A stretch of 64,000 nt of DNA from an uncultured Acidobacteriota bacterium. Its GTDB lineage: Bacteria; Acidobacteriota; Vicinamibacteria; Fen-336. The stretch is from assembly GCA_963818355.1 (NCBI GenBank), contig CAWFSB010000033.1:18266-82265 (forward strand). The letters are read 5' to 3'. Below the pieces are notes generated by a model. The model had not been told where the DNA came from, did no database searches, and saw nothing but the letters and a program-made list of their open reading frames with translations. A program made the position numbers and the translations under genes. Below are positions 9,461-20,021 of this stretch, piece after piece; the first letter of the stretch is position 1, and the number at the start of each line of letters is the position of its first letter.

Positions 9461-11603
9461 ATGCCCTCCCGAGAAACCACCGCCACCGTGCTCGGCGCCT
9501 GCGGGATCGCGATCCCGGCGCTGCTGGCCGCCGGCGGCGCGGCGGCCCGTCCCGGGGGGGCCTGGCAAGGCGTGCCGGGCTGGGTGGCGGCCGCCGCCAT
9601 TCTCGCCGCCGCGGCGCGCTGGTCCTGGCCCTCCATCGAAGAGGATCGCTCGCGGCTTGCGCCGGCCTCCTGCTCCCCGTCGGGCTCCTCCTGGCGGGGG
9701 CGCCGCTTGCGGGTGTGCGGGCTCTGTCCGGGCCGCCCCTTCTCGCGCTGGCGCTGGCGGGCGTCGCGATCGCGATCGCCGGCTCGGGGCTGCGGCTGCC
9801 CCGGATGCTCTTTCTGCCTCTCGCCTTCGCCGTCCTCGTCACGGCGGCCGGCCGGACGCACGCGCGGGTCGGGCCGGAGGGAGACGAGCCGCACTACCTC
9901 ATGGTCGCCGAGAGCCTCCTCCGCGACGGGGACCTCTCGCTCGAGCGCGACTACGCCGAGGGCCGCTACACCGCCTTCCACGACGCGCCGCTCGCACCGC
10001 ACTTCCGGGTGCGGGGGAAGGGCGGGGCGATCCACTCGCTCCACGCGGTCGGCCTGTCGGTCCTGATCCTCCCCGCGTGGGCGCTGGCCGGCTACGCGGG
10101 CGTCACCGTCTTCATGGCGCTCCTCGCGGCGCTCGTCGCGCTCGAGGTGCGCGAGTGGGTGCGCGAGCTGACCGGGCGCGACGGGCTGGCCGACGCGGCC
10201 GGCTGGGCGTTCGCGCTGTCCCCGCCCCTCGTCCACTACGCCGGCCTCGTGTTCACGGAAGTGCCGGCGGCGCTCGCCCTGTCGTTCGGCCTGCGCCACG
10301 CGCGGCGAGCCGACCTCGGCCCGGCCGGGGCCGCGGCCGTCGGCCTCGCGGCGGCGGCCCTGCCGTGGCTGAACGTCCGCTACGCGCCGCTCGCCGTCCT
10401 CGTGGTGGCGCACGCCCTGTGGCGGCACCCGCGCGCGCGCGTCGCCCTGGCGGCCCTCGCGCCGGCCCTCGTGTCCGCCGCTGGGCTGCTGGCCTACCAC
10501 CAGGTGCTCTACGGCTTCTGGGACCCGCGGCGCGTCTACGGGCGCCGCCCGGAGCTCGCGCTCTCGACCCTCGCGGAGGGCCTCCCCGGGCTGCTGCTCG
10601 ACCAGGAGTTCGGCCTGCTCGTGTACGCGCCGGTTCTCGCGCTCGCGCTGCCGGGCTTCGCGCTTCTCTGGCGCCGCGATCGGCGACTGGCAATCGTCGC
10701 GGCCGCGGCCGTCGTGGCCGTGCTGCTGACCGCGGGCACGTGGCCGATGTGGCGGGGCGGCTTCAACCCGCCCGCGCGCTTCCTGGTGCCGATCGCCCCC
10801 CTCCTCGCGGTCGCGGTGGCGATCGTCTGGGACCGGAGGGGGCTCACCGCGGGCGCCTCGCTCCTCCTCGGCTGGACGCTGTGGACCGGCCTCGCCGGCG
10901 CGCTCGACCCGCAGCTCGTGCACCGCGATCGAGACGGGACGGCCCCCCTCTTCCGGCAGCTCTCCGGGGCCCGGGAGTGGACCGGCCTCCTGCCGGCGTT
11001 ACGTGCTGGCCGACCCCGACCGGCACCGGCTCGGGGCCCTATGGGCGGTGGCGATCCTCGCCGCGCTGCCGTGGCGCGCCCGGGCGGTGACGGCGCGACG
11101 GGTCGGCCGCAGCGGGCCTCGGGCTCGTCCTGGCCGCGCAGGCCGCCGCGGCGGTGACCCGCGCCCGCACCGACGACCGCGACGCGGTCCGCCTCGTCGG
11201 CCGATCGGCCGTCAGGCTGCCGGGCTGGAGCCTCGACCCACGAGTGAGCGCGGAGTGGTCGCCGGAAGCGCTGGGCTGGGGGCCGGTCTACGAGCCGCAC
11301 CGTGCGCCCGACGGGGCCGAGGTCGGCCGTCGTCTCCCGCTGCCGGCGGGGCGGTACCGGCTGGCCCTGCGGGGCGAGACCCTGTCGCCCGACGGCGCCG
11401 GCCCTCCGCTGGTGGTCGAGCCGGACCGCGCCGGGGCGCCGCTGCGGATCTCCCCGACCCGGCCCGCCTCCTCGGGCTGGGAGGCCGACTTCGAGGTGCG
11501 GCCGGGGGAGCGGGCGGTCAGCTTGCGACTCCGGGGGGGAGGGCCGATCCTCTTGAAGGGCCTGAGGCTCTCGGTTCAACCCGAGGGCCGGGGTCCGGTC
11601 TAA
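9461..11603 (+). CDS. Polytopic membrane protein, GT-C (PMT/ArnT-like) glycosyltransferase candidate (frameshifted)
   Basis: Many transmembrane segments; GDEPHYLMVAESLLRDGD in the first loop; WRGGFNPPARFL. Confidence 0.6.
11575..11603 (+). promoter_or_regulatory. Putative ECF sigma-dependent promoter
   Basis: TTCAAC-N17-GTCTAA, followed by an SD (GAGGAGG) and the first gene of the ECF cassette. Confidence 0.5.
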
Positions 11604-11626
11604 CCGTTCGAGGAGGAACGACAAAC

Positions 11627-12175
11627 ATGCGCGTTCAGCGGTTGGCGGTGGCAGGAGTCCTGATGGTGGCCGGGGCCGTCGGAGTCGTGGCGGCGCAGGA
11701 AATGGGCCCCGGGCGGCGACAGGGGCGGCCCGATCCCGCGGCGATCCAGGCCGAGCTGGGCCTGAGCCCGGACCAGGCGGCTCAGCTGAAGAAGCTCCGG
11801 GACGACGGTCGGAAGCAGGCCATTCGGCAGCGCGCCGACCTGGCGATCGCCCGGATCGAGCTCCAGGAGGCGATGGACGCGCCCAGCGTCGACGACAAGC
11901 TCGTCGCCGCCCGGGTGAAGGCGGTGTCCGACCTGCAGGCCTCCTCGCTGAAGGCGCGGACCGACCAGCGGATGGCGATGCGCCGGCTGCTCACCCCCGA
12001 GCAGCAGGAGAAGATGAAGCAGCTGATGCGGCAGGGACGCATGGAGCGAGCCGGCGCGCGGCCGGGGCGCGGGCCGGGCCGCCCGGGGTCGCAGGGGATG
12101 CGCCCGCCCGCGGGGCCCGGCGGGCCCTGGTCGGACGAGATCGACGACCAGCCCGAGTCCGAGCCGCAGCGGTGA
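11627..12175 (+). CDS. Periplasmic Spy/CpxP/ZraP-family protein
   Basis: Signal peptide; ELGLSPDQAAQL and LLTPEQQEK (LTxxQ) motifs. Confidence 0.85.
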   Translation: MRVQRLAVAGVLMVAGAVGVVAAQEMGPGRRQGRPDPAAIQAELGLSPDQAAQLKKLRDDGRKQAIRQRADLAIARIELQEAMDAPSVDDKLVAARVKAVSDLQASSLKARTDQRMAMRRLLTPEQQEKMKQLMRQGRMERAGARPGRGPGRPGSQGMRPPAGPGGPWSDEIDDQPESEPQR

Positions 12176-12780
12176 CGAGCCCCACCCTCGCGCTCCCGTT
12201 CGGCCTGGCCGCGACCGCGGCCTCCGGCGGGAGCGCGGCTTCGCCGCGCGAGGCCGAGCGGGAGGCGATCGAGGCCTGCCGGCGTGGCGAGCGCGAGGCG
12301 TTCGATCGCCTCGTCGAGCAGTACCAGCGCGACGTCTACCGGCTGTGCTACCGGTACGTGAACGACCACGAGGACGCGAACGACCTGGCGCAGGAGGTCT
12401 TCATCAAGGCCTGGCGGGCGATCGGCCGCTTCCGGGGCGAGAGCGCGTTCTCGACGTGGCTGTACCGGATCGCGGTGAACGCGTGCCTGAACTTCCGCGC
12501 GCTGCGGCGGCCGCTCACGCAGGAGCTGCCCGAGACGCTGGCGGACCCGGTCCCGCTGGCGGCGGCGCGCGTGGAGCGGGACGACGAGGCCCGGCGCGTG
12601 CGAGCGGCGGTCGGCCGGCTCCCCGAGAAGCAGCGCGCGACGCTGATCCTCAAGATCTACCACGAGCTCACCCACGAGGAAGTCGCGGAGATCCTCGGCT
12701 CGACGGTGGGCACGGTGAAGGCGAACCTCTTCCACGCCCTCGGCAATCTCCGCAGGCTGGTGGGCGAGGAGAGGAGATGA
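12172..12780 (+). CDS. ECF RNA polymerase sigma factor
   Basis: Motifs DANDLAQEVFIKAW, FSTWLYRIAVN, and region 4 EVAEILGSTVGTVK. Confidence 0.95.
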   Translation: MTSPTLALPFGLAATAASGGSAASPREAEREAIEACRRGEREAFDRLVEQYQRDVYRLCYRYVNDHEDANDLAQEVFIKAWRAIGRFRGESAFSTWLYRIAVNACLNFRALRRPLTQELPETLADPVPLAAARVERDDEARRVRAAVGRLPEKQRATLILKIYHELTHEEVAEILGSTVGTVKANLFHALGNLRRLVGEERR

Positions 12781-12784
12781 GGCG

Positions 12785-13325
12785 ATGACGCGGCACCTGT
12801 CGGACGAGTCGCTCCTGAGGCTGGCGCAGGGCGACGGCGCGGAGGCCGAGTGCGCGCACCTTTCGGCCTGCGGGCGTTGCGCCGGAGCGGGTCGAGGAGG
12901 CGCGGGCGGGGCTCGCCCTCGCGCGCCGGGCCGACGTGCCCGAGCCCTCGCCGCTCTACTGGGAGGCGATGCGCCGCAGCGTCGGGCGGAGGATCGCGGA
13001 GGAACCCCGGCGTTCGCCGCGCTGGGCGTGGCTCGCGCCGATCCTGGCCACCGCGGCGGCGGTGGCGGTCGTGGCCCTGACCACCGGTCGCGCCCACGCG
13101 CCGGTCGCGCTCCCCGGGCCGACGCTGCCGGCCTGGTCGGCGCTGCCGCCGGCCGAGGACGACGTCTCGCTCGGAGTGCTCGAGGCGGTGGCCGTGGCGG
13201 ACGGGGACCTGGGGACGGACGACGAGGGGCGCGGCGTCAGCGCGTTCCTCGCGGGCCTCTCCGACGAGGAGTACCGGGCGCTCGCGGATTCACTCCGCGA
13301 GGCCGGCAAGGGGGGTGAGTCGTGA
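12785..13325 (+). CDS. Membrane-anchored zinc-binding (ZAS) anti-sigma factor (frameshifted)
   Basis: HLSACGRC (HxxxCxxC); a single transmembrane helix WAWLAPILATAAAVAVVAL in the next frame. Confidence 0.75.
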
Positions 13326-13846
13326 TCTCGAGGGTTCTTCTGACGCTCGTTCTGGCTCTCGGCGCCGGGGGCGCTCGCGCCGTGGCACAGGAGGACGCGC
13401 CCGCGGCCGGGGACCGGCCCGCTCGCGACGAGGCGTTCAAGATGGTCGACGCCTACGTCATGAGCAATCTCCAGGAGAGCCTCGGCCTCGACGACGCGCA
13501 GTTCGCGAAGGCGATCCCCCTGGTGAAGAGGCTGCAGGGCGACCGGCGCGCGTACATCCTCGAGCGGAACCGCATGGTGCGCGAGATGCGGCGCCTCCTG
13601 CGCCAGGGGGGCGCGAGCGAGACCGCGGTGCTGGACCTGCTGAAGCAGGTGAAGGCCCTCGACGTGGACGGCCCCGCGCAGACCCGGAAGAACCTCGACG
13701 CCCTCGACGCCCTGCTCACCCCGCTGCAGCAGGCGAAGTACCGGGTTCTCGAGATGGAGGTCGAGCAGCGCATGCGGGAGCTCATGAACCGGGTGCGTCC
13801 GCGGCAGGCCCCGCGTCCGGGCGAACGGCAGGGCGCGCGCGAGTAG
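13322..13846 (+). CDS. Periplasmic helical protein, Spy/heavy-metal-sensor-like
   Basis: Signal peptide; ESLGLDDAQ and LLTPLQQAKY. Confidence 0.7.
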   Translation: MISRVLLTLVLALGAGGARAVAQEDAPAAGDRPARDEAFKMVDAYVMSNLQESLGLDDAQFAKAIPLVKRLQGDRRAYILERNRMVREMRRLLRQGGASETAVLDLLKQVKALDVDGPAQTRKNLDALDALLTPLQQAKYRVLEMEVEQRMRELMNRVRPRQAPRPGERQGARE

Positions 13847-13878
13847 AGCGCGCTCGTCTCGTCGTATACTGGCCGCCT

Positions 13879-14952
13879 ATGGCGAGCAGCAAGAAGAAGG
13901 CAGGGGCGCGGGAGGCGTCCGCCCCGACCCCCGGCAAGGCGCGCGGCACGAAGAAGACCACGGCAGCGGGCGCGAAGAAGGCCACGACGACCGGCGCGAA
14001 GAAGCCCGCGGCCGGGGCGAAGAAGCCGGCGGCGGCCGGGGCGAAGAAGCCCGCGGCCGGCGGGGCGAAGAAGTCGGCCCCCGCAGCGAAGAAGCCGGCC
14101 GCGGCGGCAAAGGCCGCAGCGAAGAAGGCCGCGCCCCGGAAGGCGGCGGTCGCGAAGCCCTCGGCCCGGAAGACGCCCTTGAAGAAAGCCGCGCCGGGCG
14201 TGGCGAAGACGGCCGTCCGGAAGACGGTCGCGGCCCGCACGAAGAAGGCCGCGCCGGCGAGCCTGGACCACGCGCCAGGCGGGGTGCCGGGCCTGAGCGA
14301 GGAAGACCAGATCCGGGCGGCGAAGTACCTGCCCCGCGAGCTGCCGAAGCGGCTGTTCGAGGAGGACCGCTTCCTCTTTCCCGAGACCTACGGGGTGAAC
14401 CGCGTGCGCCTCCTGGTGCGCGACCCCGAGTGGATCTTCGCCTACTGGGACGTCAATCCCGCGGCCATGAAGGAGCTTGCCCGGAGCCTCGGCGAGAGGG
14501 GGCTCCAGCTCTCGCGGCTCACGCTGCGCGTGCAGGACCCCGTGAGCGGCGGGTCGAGCGACATCCTGCTGCCGCCCGGCGCCCGCTGGTGGTACATCCG
14601 CACCGACTCCGCGCGGCGGAGCTACCGCGCCGAGCTGGGCGTCACGCTCCCGTCCGGTGCCTTCCGCCGGCTCGCGGAGAGCAACACCGTCGTCACCCCG
14701 CGGGTCGGTCCCTCGCCCCAGAGAGCGCGCCGGCGGATGAGCTACCGCGACGCACGCGACCTGCCGCCGTCCGCCGCCGAGGCGGCCGGGCTGGCGGAGA
14801 CGGAGGCCGGCCTGTCCCCGGAGCCCTGGGCGGCCGAGTCGGTCGACGGCTCGGTCGCGCCCGGCGAGCCCGGGCGCTCGGACCAGGCGGTGCGCGGCGG
14901 GGCGAGCGACGTCTTCCGTCCCGGGGGCGCCAGCGACACCTTCCGGCGGTAG
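13879..14952 (+). CDS. DUF4912 domain protein with histone-H1-like N-terminal tail
   Basis: FPETYGVNRVRLLVRDPEWIFAYWDV...SYRAELG...LAESNTVVTP; Lys/Ala/Pro-rich N-terminus. Confidence 0.8.
   Translation: MASSKKKAGAREASAPTPGKARGTKKTTAAGAKKATTTGAKKPAAGAKKPAAAGAKKPAAGGAKKSAPAAKKPAAAAKAAAKKAAPRKAAVAKPSARKTPLKKAAPGVAKTAVRKTVAARTKKAAPASLDHAPGGVPGLSEEDQIRAAKYLPRELPKRLFEEDRFLFPETYGVNRVRLLVRDPEWIFAYWDVNPAAMKELARSLGERGLQLSRLTLRVQDPVSGGSSDILLPPGARWWYIRTDSARRSYRAELGVTLPSGAFRRLAESNTVVTPRVGPSPQRARRRMSYRDARDLPPSAAEAAGLAETEAGLSPEPWAAESVDGSVAPGEPGRSDQAVRGGASDVFRPGGASDTFRR
13960..14255 (+). repeat. Coding repeats encoding (A/G)AKKP(AA) units
   Basis: Repeated gcgaagaag(c/g)cc units. Confidence 0.8.
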
Positions 14953-14962
14953 GGAAGCCCCG

Positions 14963-16555
14963 ATGCCCGCCGGGTACTGGTGTCCCGTCCTCCACGCCCA
15001 CCTGCCCTACGTCCGGCACCCGGAGTACCCCTCCTTTCTCGAGGAGGACTGGTTCTTCGAGGCGCTCACCGAGACCTACGTCCCGATCCTCCGCGTCCTC
15101 GACGGCCTGCTGAACGACGGCGTCGAGTACCGGCTGACGATGACGCTCTCGCCGCCGCTCGTCTCGATGATGACGGACGAGCTCCTGGTGGGGCGCTACC
15201 ACCGGCACCTCGACAACCTCGTCGAGCTGGCGCGGCGGGAGGTGGACCGGACGAAACGGTGGCAGCCCCAGTTCCACGACCTCGCCTGGTTCTACCTGCA
15301 CGAGTTCTCGGACGTCCGGCGGATCTTCCGCGAGGTCTACGGCTCGAACCTGGTGAGTGCGTTCCGCAAGCACCGGGATGCCGGGAATCTCGAGATCATC
15401 ACCTGCGGCGCGACCCACGGCTTCTTTCCGCTCATGGACCCGGTGCCGCAGGCGGTGCGCGCCCAGGTGCAGGTCGCCGCCGCGCACTACCGCAAGCACT
15501 TCGGCGGCTCTCCCGACGGGATCTGGCTGCCCGAGTGCGGCTACCTGCCGGGCCACGACGTCTTCCTCAAGGAGGCCGGCCTGCGCTTCAGCTTCCTCGA
15601 GTCGCACGGCCTCACGGACGCCCACCCGCGCCCGAGCTTCGGTGTCCACGCCCCGATCGTCTCGCCGGGCGGGATCGTCTTCTTCGGCCGCGACATGGAG
15701 TCCTCCCGCCAGGTCTGGAGCGCGGAGTCGGGCTACCCGGGCGACTTCGACTACCGGGAGTTCTACAAGGACGTGGGCTGGGAGCTCCCGATGGAAGACC
15801 TCGAGGACTTCCTCCCCGACGGGGAGAGGAAGAACCTCGGGATCAAGTACTACCGAGTGACCGGGCGGGGCACCGACCTCGGCCACAAGCAGCCCTACGT
15901 GCGCGCGTGGGCCATGGGGAAGGCGGCGAGCCACGCCGGCAACTTCCTCCAGAACCGCCAGCGGCAGGTGGAGCACCTCGCCGCCGCGGGCGGGCGCGCG
16001 CCGATCGTGGTCAGCCCCTACGACGCCGAGCTCTACGGGCACTGGTGGTTCGAGGGGCCGCAGTTCCTCGACTTCCTGTTCCGCAAGATGCACTTCGACC
16101 AGGACGTGGTGAAGCCCACCACTCCCTCGGAGTACCTCGACCGCTTCGGCGATCTCGAGGTCTGCCAGCCGCCCATGTGCACCTGGGGCGCGCAGGGCTA
16201 CGCCGAGGTGTGGCTCAACGGCTCGAACGACTGGATCTACCCCCACCTCGACGTGGCGGGGGAGCGAATGGTCGAGCTGGCGCGGCGGTTCGAGCACGCG
16301 GGCGGGCTGGAGCGGCGAGCCCTGAACCAGGCGGCGCGCGAGCTCCTGCTCGCGCAGTCGTCGGACTGGGCGTTCATCATGAAGACGAACACCACGGTCG
16401 AGTACGCGAAGAAGAGGACGCGCGACCACGTCGCGCGCTTCGACTACCTCTACCGCGCCCTGACCGGCCAGTGCGCCCTCGAGGAGCCGATCCTGCGGGA
16501 GTTCGAGGAGCGGGACAACGTCTTCCCCGAGATCGACTACCGCGTCTACCGGTAG
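14963..16555 (+). CDS. GH57 family 1,4-alpha-glucan branching enzyme (DUF1957)
   Basis: Motifs LHAHLPYVRHP, GIWLPECGY (nucleophile), PYDAELYGHWWFEG, ARELLLAQSSDWAFI. Confidence 0.93.
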   Translation: MPAGYWCPVLHAHLPYVRHPEYPSFLEEDWFFEALTETYVPILRVLDGLLNDGVEYRLTMTLSPPLVSMMTDELLVGRYHRHLDNLVELARREVDRTKRWQPQFHDLAWFYLHEFSDVRRIFREVYGSNLVSAFRKHRDAGNLEIITCGATHGFFPLMDPVPQAVRAQVQVAAAHYRKHFGGSPDGIWLPECGYLPGHDVFLKEAGLRFSFLESHGLTDAHPRPSFGVHAPIVSPGGIVFFGRDMESSRQVWSAESGYPGDFDYREFYKDVGWELPMEDLEDFLPDGERKNLGIKYYRVTGRGTDLGHKQPYVRAWAMGKAASHAGNFLQNRQRQVEHLAAAGGRAPIVVSPYDAELYGHWWFEGPQFLDFLFRKMHFDQDVVKPTTPSEYLDRFGDLEVCQPPMCTWGAQGYAEVWLNGSNDWIYPHLDVAGERMVELARRFEHAGGLERRALNQAARELLLAQSSDWAFIMKTNTTVEYAKKRTRDHVARFDYLYRALTGQCALEEPILREFEERDNVFPEIDYRVYR

Positions 16556-16558
16556 CCG

Positions 16559-18893
16559 CTACCGCGGGGCGACCATCCACCTCGTGTCGCCGAAGCGGCT
16601 CGGGCTCAGGTAGGCGCCCGACTTCGCCGTCGTGCCGTCCATGTACCAGAGGTAGAGCTCGCCCGTCTTCGGGTGCTGCCAGAGGAAGTCGGGCTTGCGG
16701 TCGCCGTCGAAGTCCGACACCTGGGCCAGGCGCCACTGAGCGTTGCCCGAGGTGTAGGGGGTCAGGTAGCCGCTCGAGGCCAGGGCGAGGCCGTTCATGA
16801 GCCACGCGTAGAGCCCACCGGTCGCCTGGTTGTGCCAGATCACGTCCGGCTTGCCGTCGCCGTTGAGGTCGGCGAGGGCGCGGATCTGCCAGTTCGTGTC
16901 GGCGAAGCTCGTGAGGCCGAGCTTCACGGTCTTGCGCAGGTCGAGCCCGTCCATGAGCCAGACGTGCAGCTCCCGGGTGTCCGGGTCGCTCCACAGCAGG
17001 TCCACTCCGCCGTCGCCGTCGAAGTCGGCCGCGCCCTGGACCTCCCAGTCGGCCTCGGGCGCGGCGCGCGGCGAGAGGTACGACCCGCCGACCGCCACCG
17101 CGCGGTCGAGGAACCAGGCGAACAGCTCGCGCGTGGCGCGGTGCTGCCAGAGCACGTCGAGGCTGCCGTCGCGGTTGAAGTCGCCGAGGGCGCGGATCTG
17201 CCACTTCGGGTCGGCAAAGCTCTCGGGGCGCAGGTAGGAAGCGCCGGTCAGCACCGCGTTCTCCATGAACCACACGGAGAGGGCCCCGGTCGCCTGGTTC
17301 TGCCACAGGATGTCCGATCGCCCGTCGCCGTCGAAGTCGCTGGTGCGCGGCACCGGCCGTCCGGCGCCGATCAGGCTGGCGAGAGCGAAGGCCTCGACCG
17401 CGTGCGACGCTCCCGCCTCGAGGTCGGAAGACACCGTGGTGGTGGTGGTGGGCATCCAGTAGTAGCCGTTCCAGATCCAGCCGCGGAGGTCGTCCGAGGC
17501 GTCGTGCGCCGCCAGCTGGACGATGCCGTCCAGCTGGCGCTCCAGCTGCACCCAGTACGCAGGCTCGTCCCCGTCGACCGGCGACGAGCTGCCGAACCCG
17601 ACCCCGCCGTCCACCGAGCGCGCGGACCACAGACCCGCGGCGTCGGCGTAGACCAGCAGGACGCCGCGGGCGTTCACGATCGGGTCCCAGACGAGGTCGA
17701 ACGGGCGGTTGCGGAGCGGGTCGCCGAAAGTGCCCAGCGTGTGGAACGGCGAGACGGCCCCCCAGGTCCTCGTGGCGCCGTCGTAGGGGACGGTGGTGAG
17801 GCGGCCGGTCGAGCCGGCCGCGTCCCCGATCGCGAGGACCATGTCGTCGCTGCCGGGGTCGGCGGCGAGGCGCAGCCAGCGCACGGTGACGCCAGTGCCC
17901 ATGTCCGCGACCACGGCCGGCGTCGACCAGCCGCCCGCCGCGCGCCACCGGCTCCAGTAGACCTTCTGCCGGTTGCCCCACACCGCGACCGCCTCGCCCG
18001 CGTTCGCTCCCGCCAGGGTGAACTTCAGGTCGATCGCCTCGGTCGGGTGGTAGCTCTGGCGAAGTCGGGAAGCTCAGCACGTACTTCGAGCCCCACGTGT
18101 GGGTGTCGCCGTCCCAGATCATGGCCTCGACCGCCGCCGAGTCCTTCCCGGTGGGGTCGTTCGCGACGCCGAGGAAGCCGATCCGGTTCGTGCCGGGCAT
18201 GGGCGCGAGACGGACCCAGTCGAAGATGTTGAAGGGGTCCTGGATGTTGTTGGCCACGCCCTGCAGGAGCGTGCTGGTGTTCCAGCCGCTCGCTCCGTGC
18301 ACCCAGTACTTCACCGTCTCGTCCGTGTTCACGCCCGCCACGACCAGCAGCTCGCCGCTCTTCTGCTCGTACGCGGCGTCGAAGCCCCGGAAGTCCGAGA
18401 GCCCGTCGACCCCGACGCGGCCGAACGCCTTCGCGTCCCCGAAGGGCGCCCCCGAGCCGTCGTCCCACCTCGCCCCGTCCCAGAACGCGGCGTGAAGGGC
18501 GTCGCGGCCCGAGGGATCGTTCTCCTGGAACACCACGACCTGGCGCGCCCGGTCCGGCCGCGTGCGGGCGACCTTCCAGTGAAGCGCTCCGCCCGCGGAG
18601 GTGAACGGGCCTGCGGCCGCGATCCCCGGCGGCGCGACCCAGGCCCCCGACTGCAGCGTCGTGGCGCGGAGAGGCCGGACGCCGGAGGCCGCCGGCTCGC
18701 TGAACGCCACCAGCGGCGGAAGAGGAGGAGGCAGGGCGGGCGAAGAGGATCTGTGGGGGGGGCGTGGCCTTCGCCGAGGCCCGTGGAGCGACGGACCGAC
18801 CACGCCGAGACCGGCGCGGCGGCGCCGGTCAACAGCGACACGCAAACCGCCAACCCCGCGCTGCTGACAGAAGGACCCGCGTCGCCACGTCAT
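16559..18893 (-). CDS. Secreted FG-GAP/VCBS-repeat protein (frameshifted)
   Basis: Five C-terminal DF(D/N)xDGxxDxxW-type repeats; beta-rich N-terminal region split across frames near 18050. Confidence 0.75.
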
Positions 18894-19163
18894 GTCACAC
18901 CTCCGGCACCGCGGGCGAGAGGGTGCAAGGCGCGCGCCACCGTGGGCTTTCTTCGCCGCGGCCTTGGGCCACCGGGACTTGCCGGAAAAACCGCGAACGA
19001 GAGCCGCGGTGCCGGGGCGGGAATCCGGAACGGAGGCGGGCGCCGTGTGTCAGCTTTCCGGCACGGCCCCGGAATGTGCCTTGTCGCCGGAGCGTGCGCG
19101 GGTGTATAGCTCGCAGGGGGGCGCCCTCGCACGTGCGCGCGACGCCGCCCCCGGGAGGCTCCG

Positions 19164-20021
19164 ATGCTCGCCGTGTTGCGCCGGGCCGCCGTCGCCGGCA
19201 GCTGGTACCCCGCGACGGCGGAGTCCATCGCCGAAGAGGTGGACCGATATCTCGAGGCGGCGGAGCCGGTTTCCGCCCCGGGTCGGCTCGTGGCGCTCCT
19301 CAGCCCGCACGCGGGGCTGCGCTACTCGGGGCCCGTCGCCGCCCACGGCTACGCGCTGCTGCGCGCCCTGGCGGCCGGGCCGGGCCGGGGCGGCGGCGGG
19401 CTCGCGGTGGTGCTGGTGGGGCCCTCGCACCGGGCGGCCTTCGACGGCGTCGCGCTGCAGGCGCGTGGCGCGTGGGAGACCCCCCTCGGGCGGGTCCCGA
19501 TCGACGAGGAGCTGTCGCAGGCGCTCCTCGACGCCGACCCCATCGTGTTCGACGACCCCGACGTTCACCGCGACGAGCACTCGCTCGAGATGCAGATGCC
19601 GTTCCTGCAGCGGCTCGTGCCCGGGCTGCGCATCGTGCCGATGCTCATGGGCACGCAGTCGCGGGACGAGGTCGCGTCCCTCGGGGCGGCCCTCGCGAAG
19701 GCCCTGGCCGGGCGCCGCGCGCTCCTCGTGGCCTCGAGCGACCTCTCGCACTACCAGCCGGCCGCCGTCGCGAACCGGGCGGACGCGGAGGTCGTCGGGC
19801 AGGTGGACCGCTTCGACGAGGCGGCGCTCATGGTGCGCCTCGAGACGCACCACAACGTGGCTTGCGGCGGCGGGCCGGTGGTGTCGGTCATGACGGCGGC
19901 GCGCGCCCTGGGCGCCGATCGCGCGAGGGTGCTGAAGTACGGCGACAGCGGGGACGTGGGGGAGCGGGACAAGAGCCACGTCGTGGGCTACCTGTCCGCG
20001 GCCCTCACCTCGGGCTCGTGA
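19164..20021 (+). CDS. amrB: AmmeMemoRadiSam system protein B (MEMO1 family)
   Basis: Motifs RRAAVAGSWYP, PHAGLRYSG, EHSLEMQMPFLQ, ASSDLSHY, ACGGGP. Confidence 0.93.
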   Translation: MLAVLRRAAVAGSWYPATAESIAEEVDRYLEAAEPVSAPGRLVALLSPHAGLRYSGPVAAHGYALLRALAAGPGRGGGGLAVVLVGPSHRAAFDGVALQARGAWETPLGRVPIDEELSQALLDADPIVFDDPDVHRDEHSLEMQMPFLQRLVPGLRIVPMLMGTQSRDEVASLGAALAKALAGRRALLVASSDLSHYQPAAVANRADAEVVGQVDRFDEAALMVRLETHHNVACGGGPVVSVMTAARALGADRARVLKYGDSGDVGERDKSHVVGYLSAALTSGS

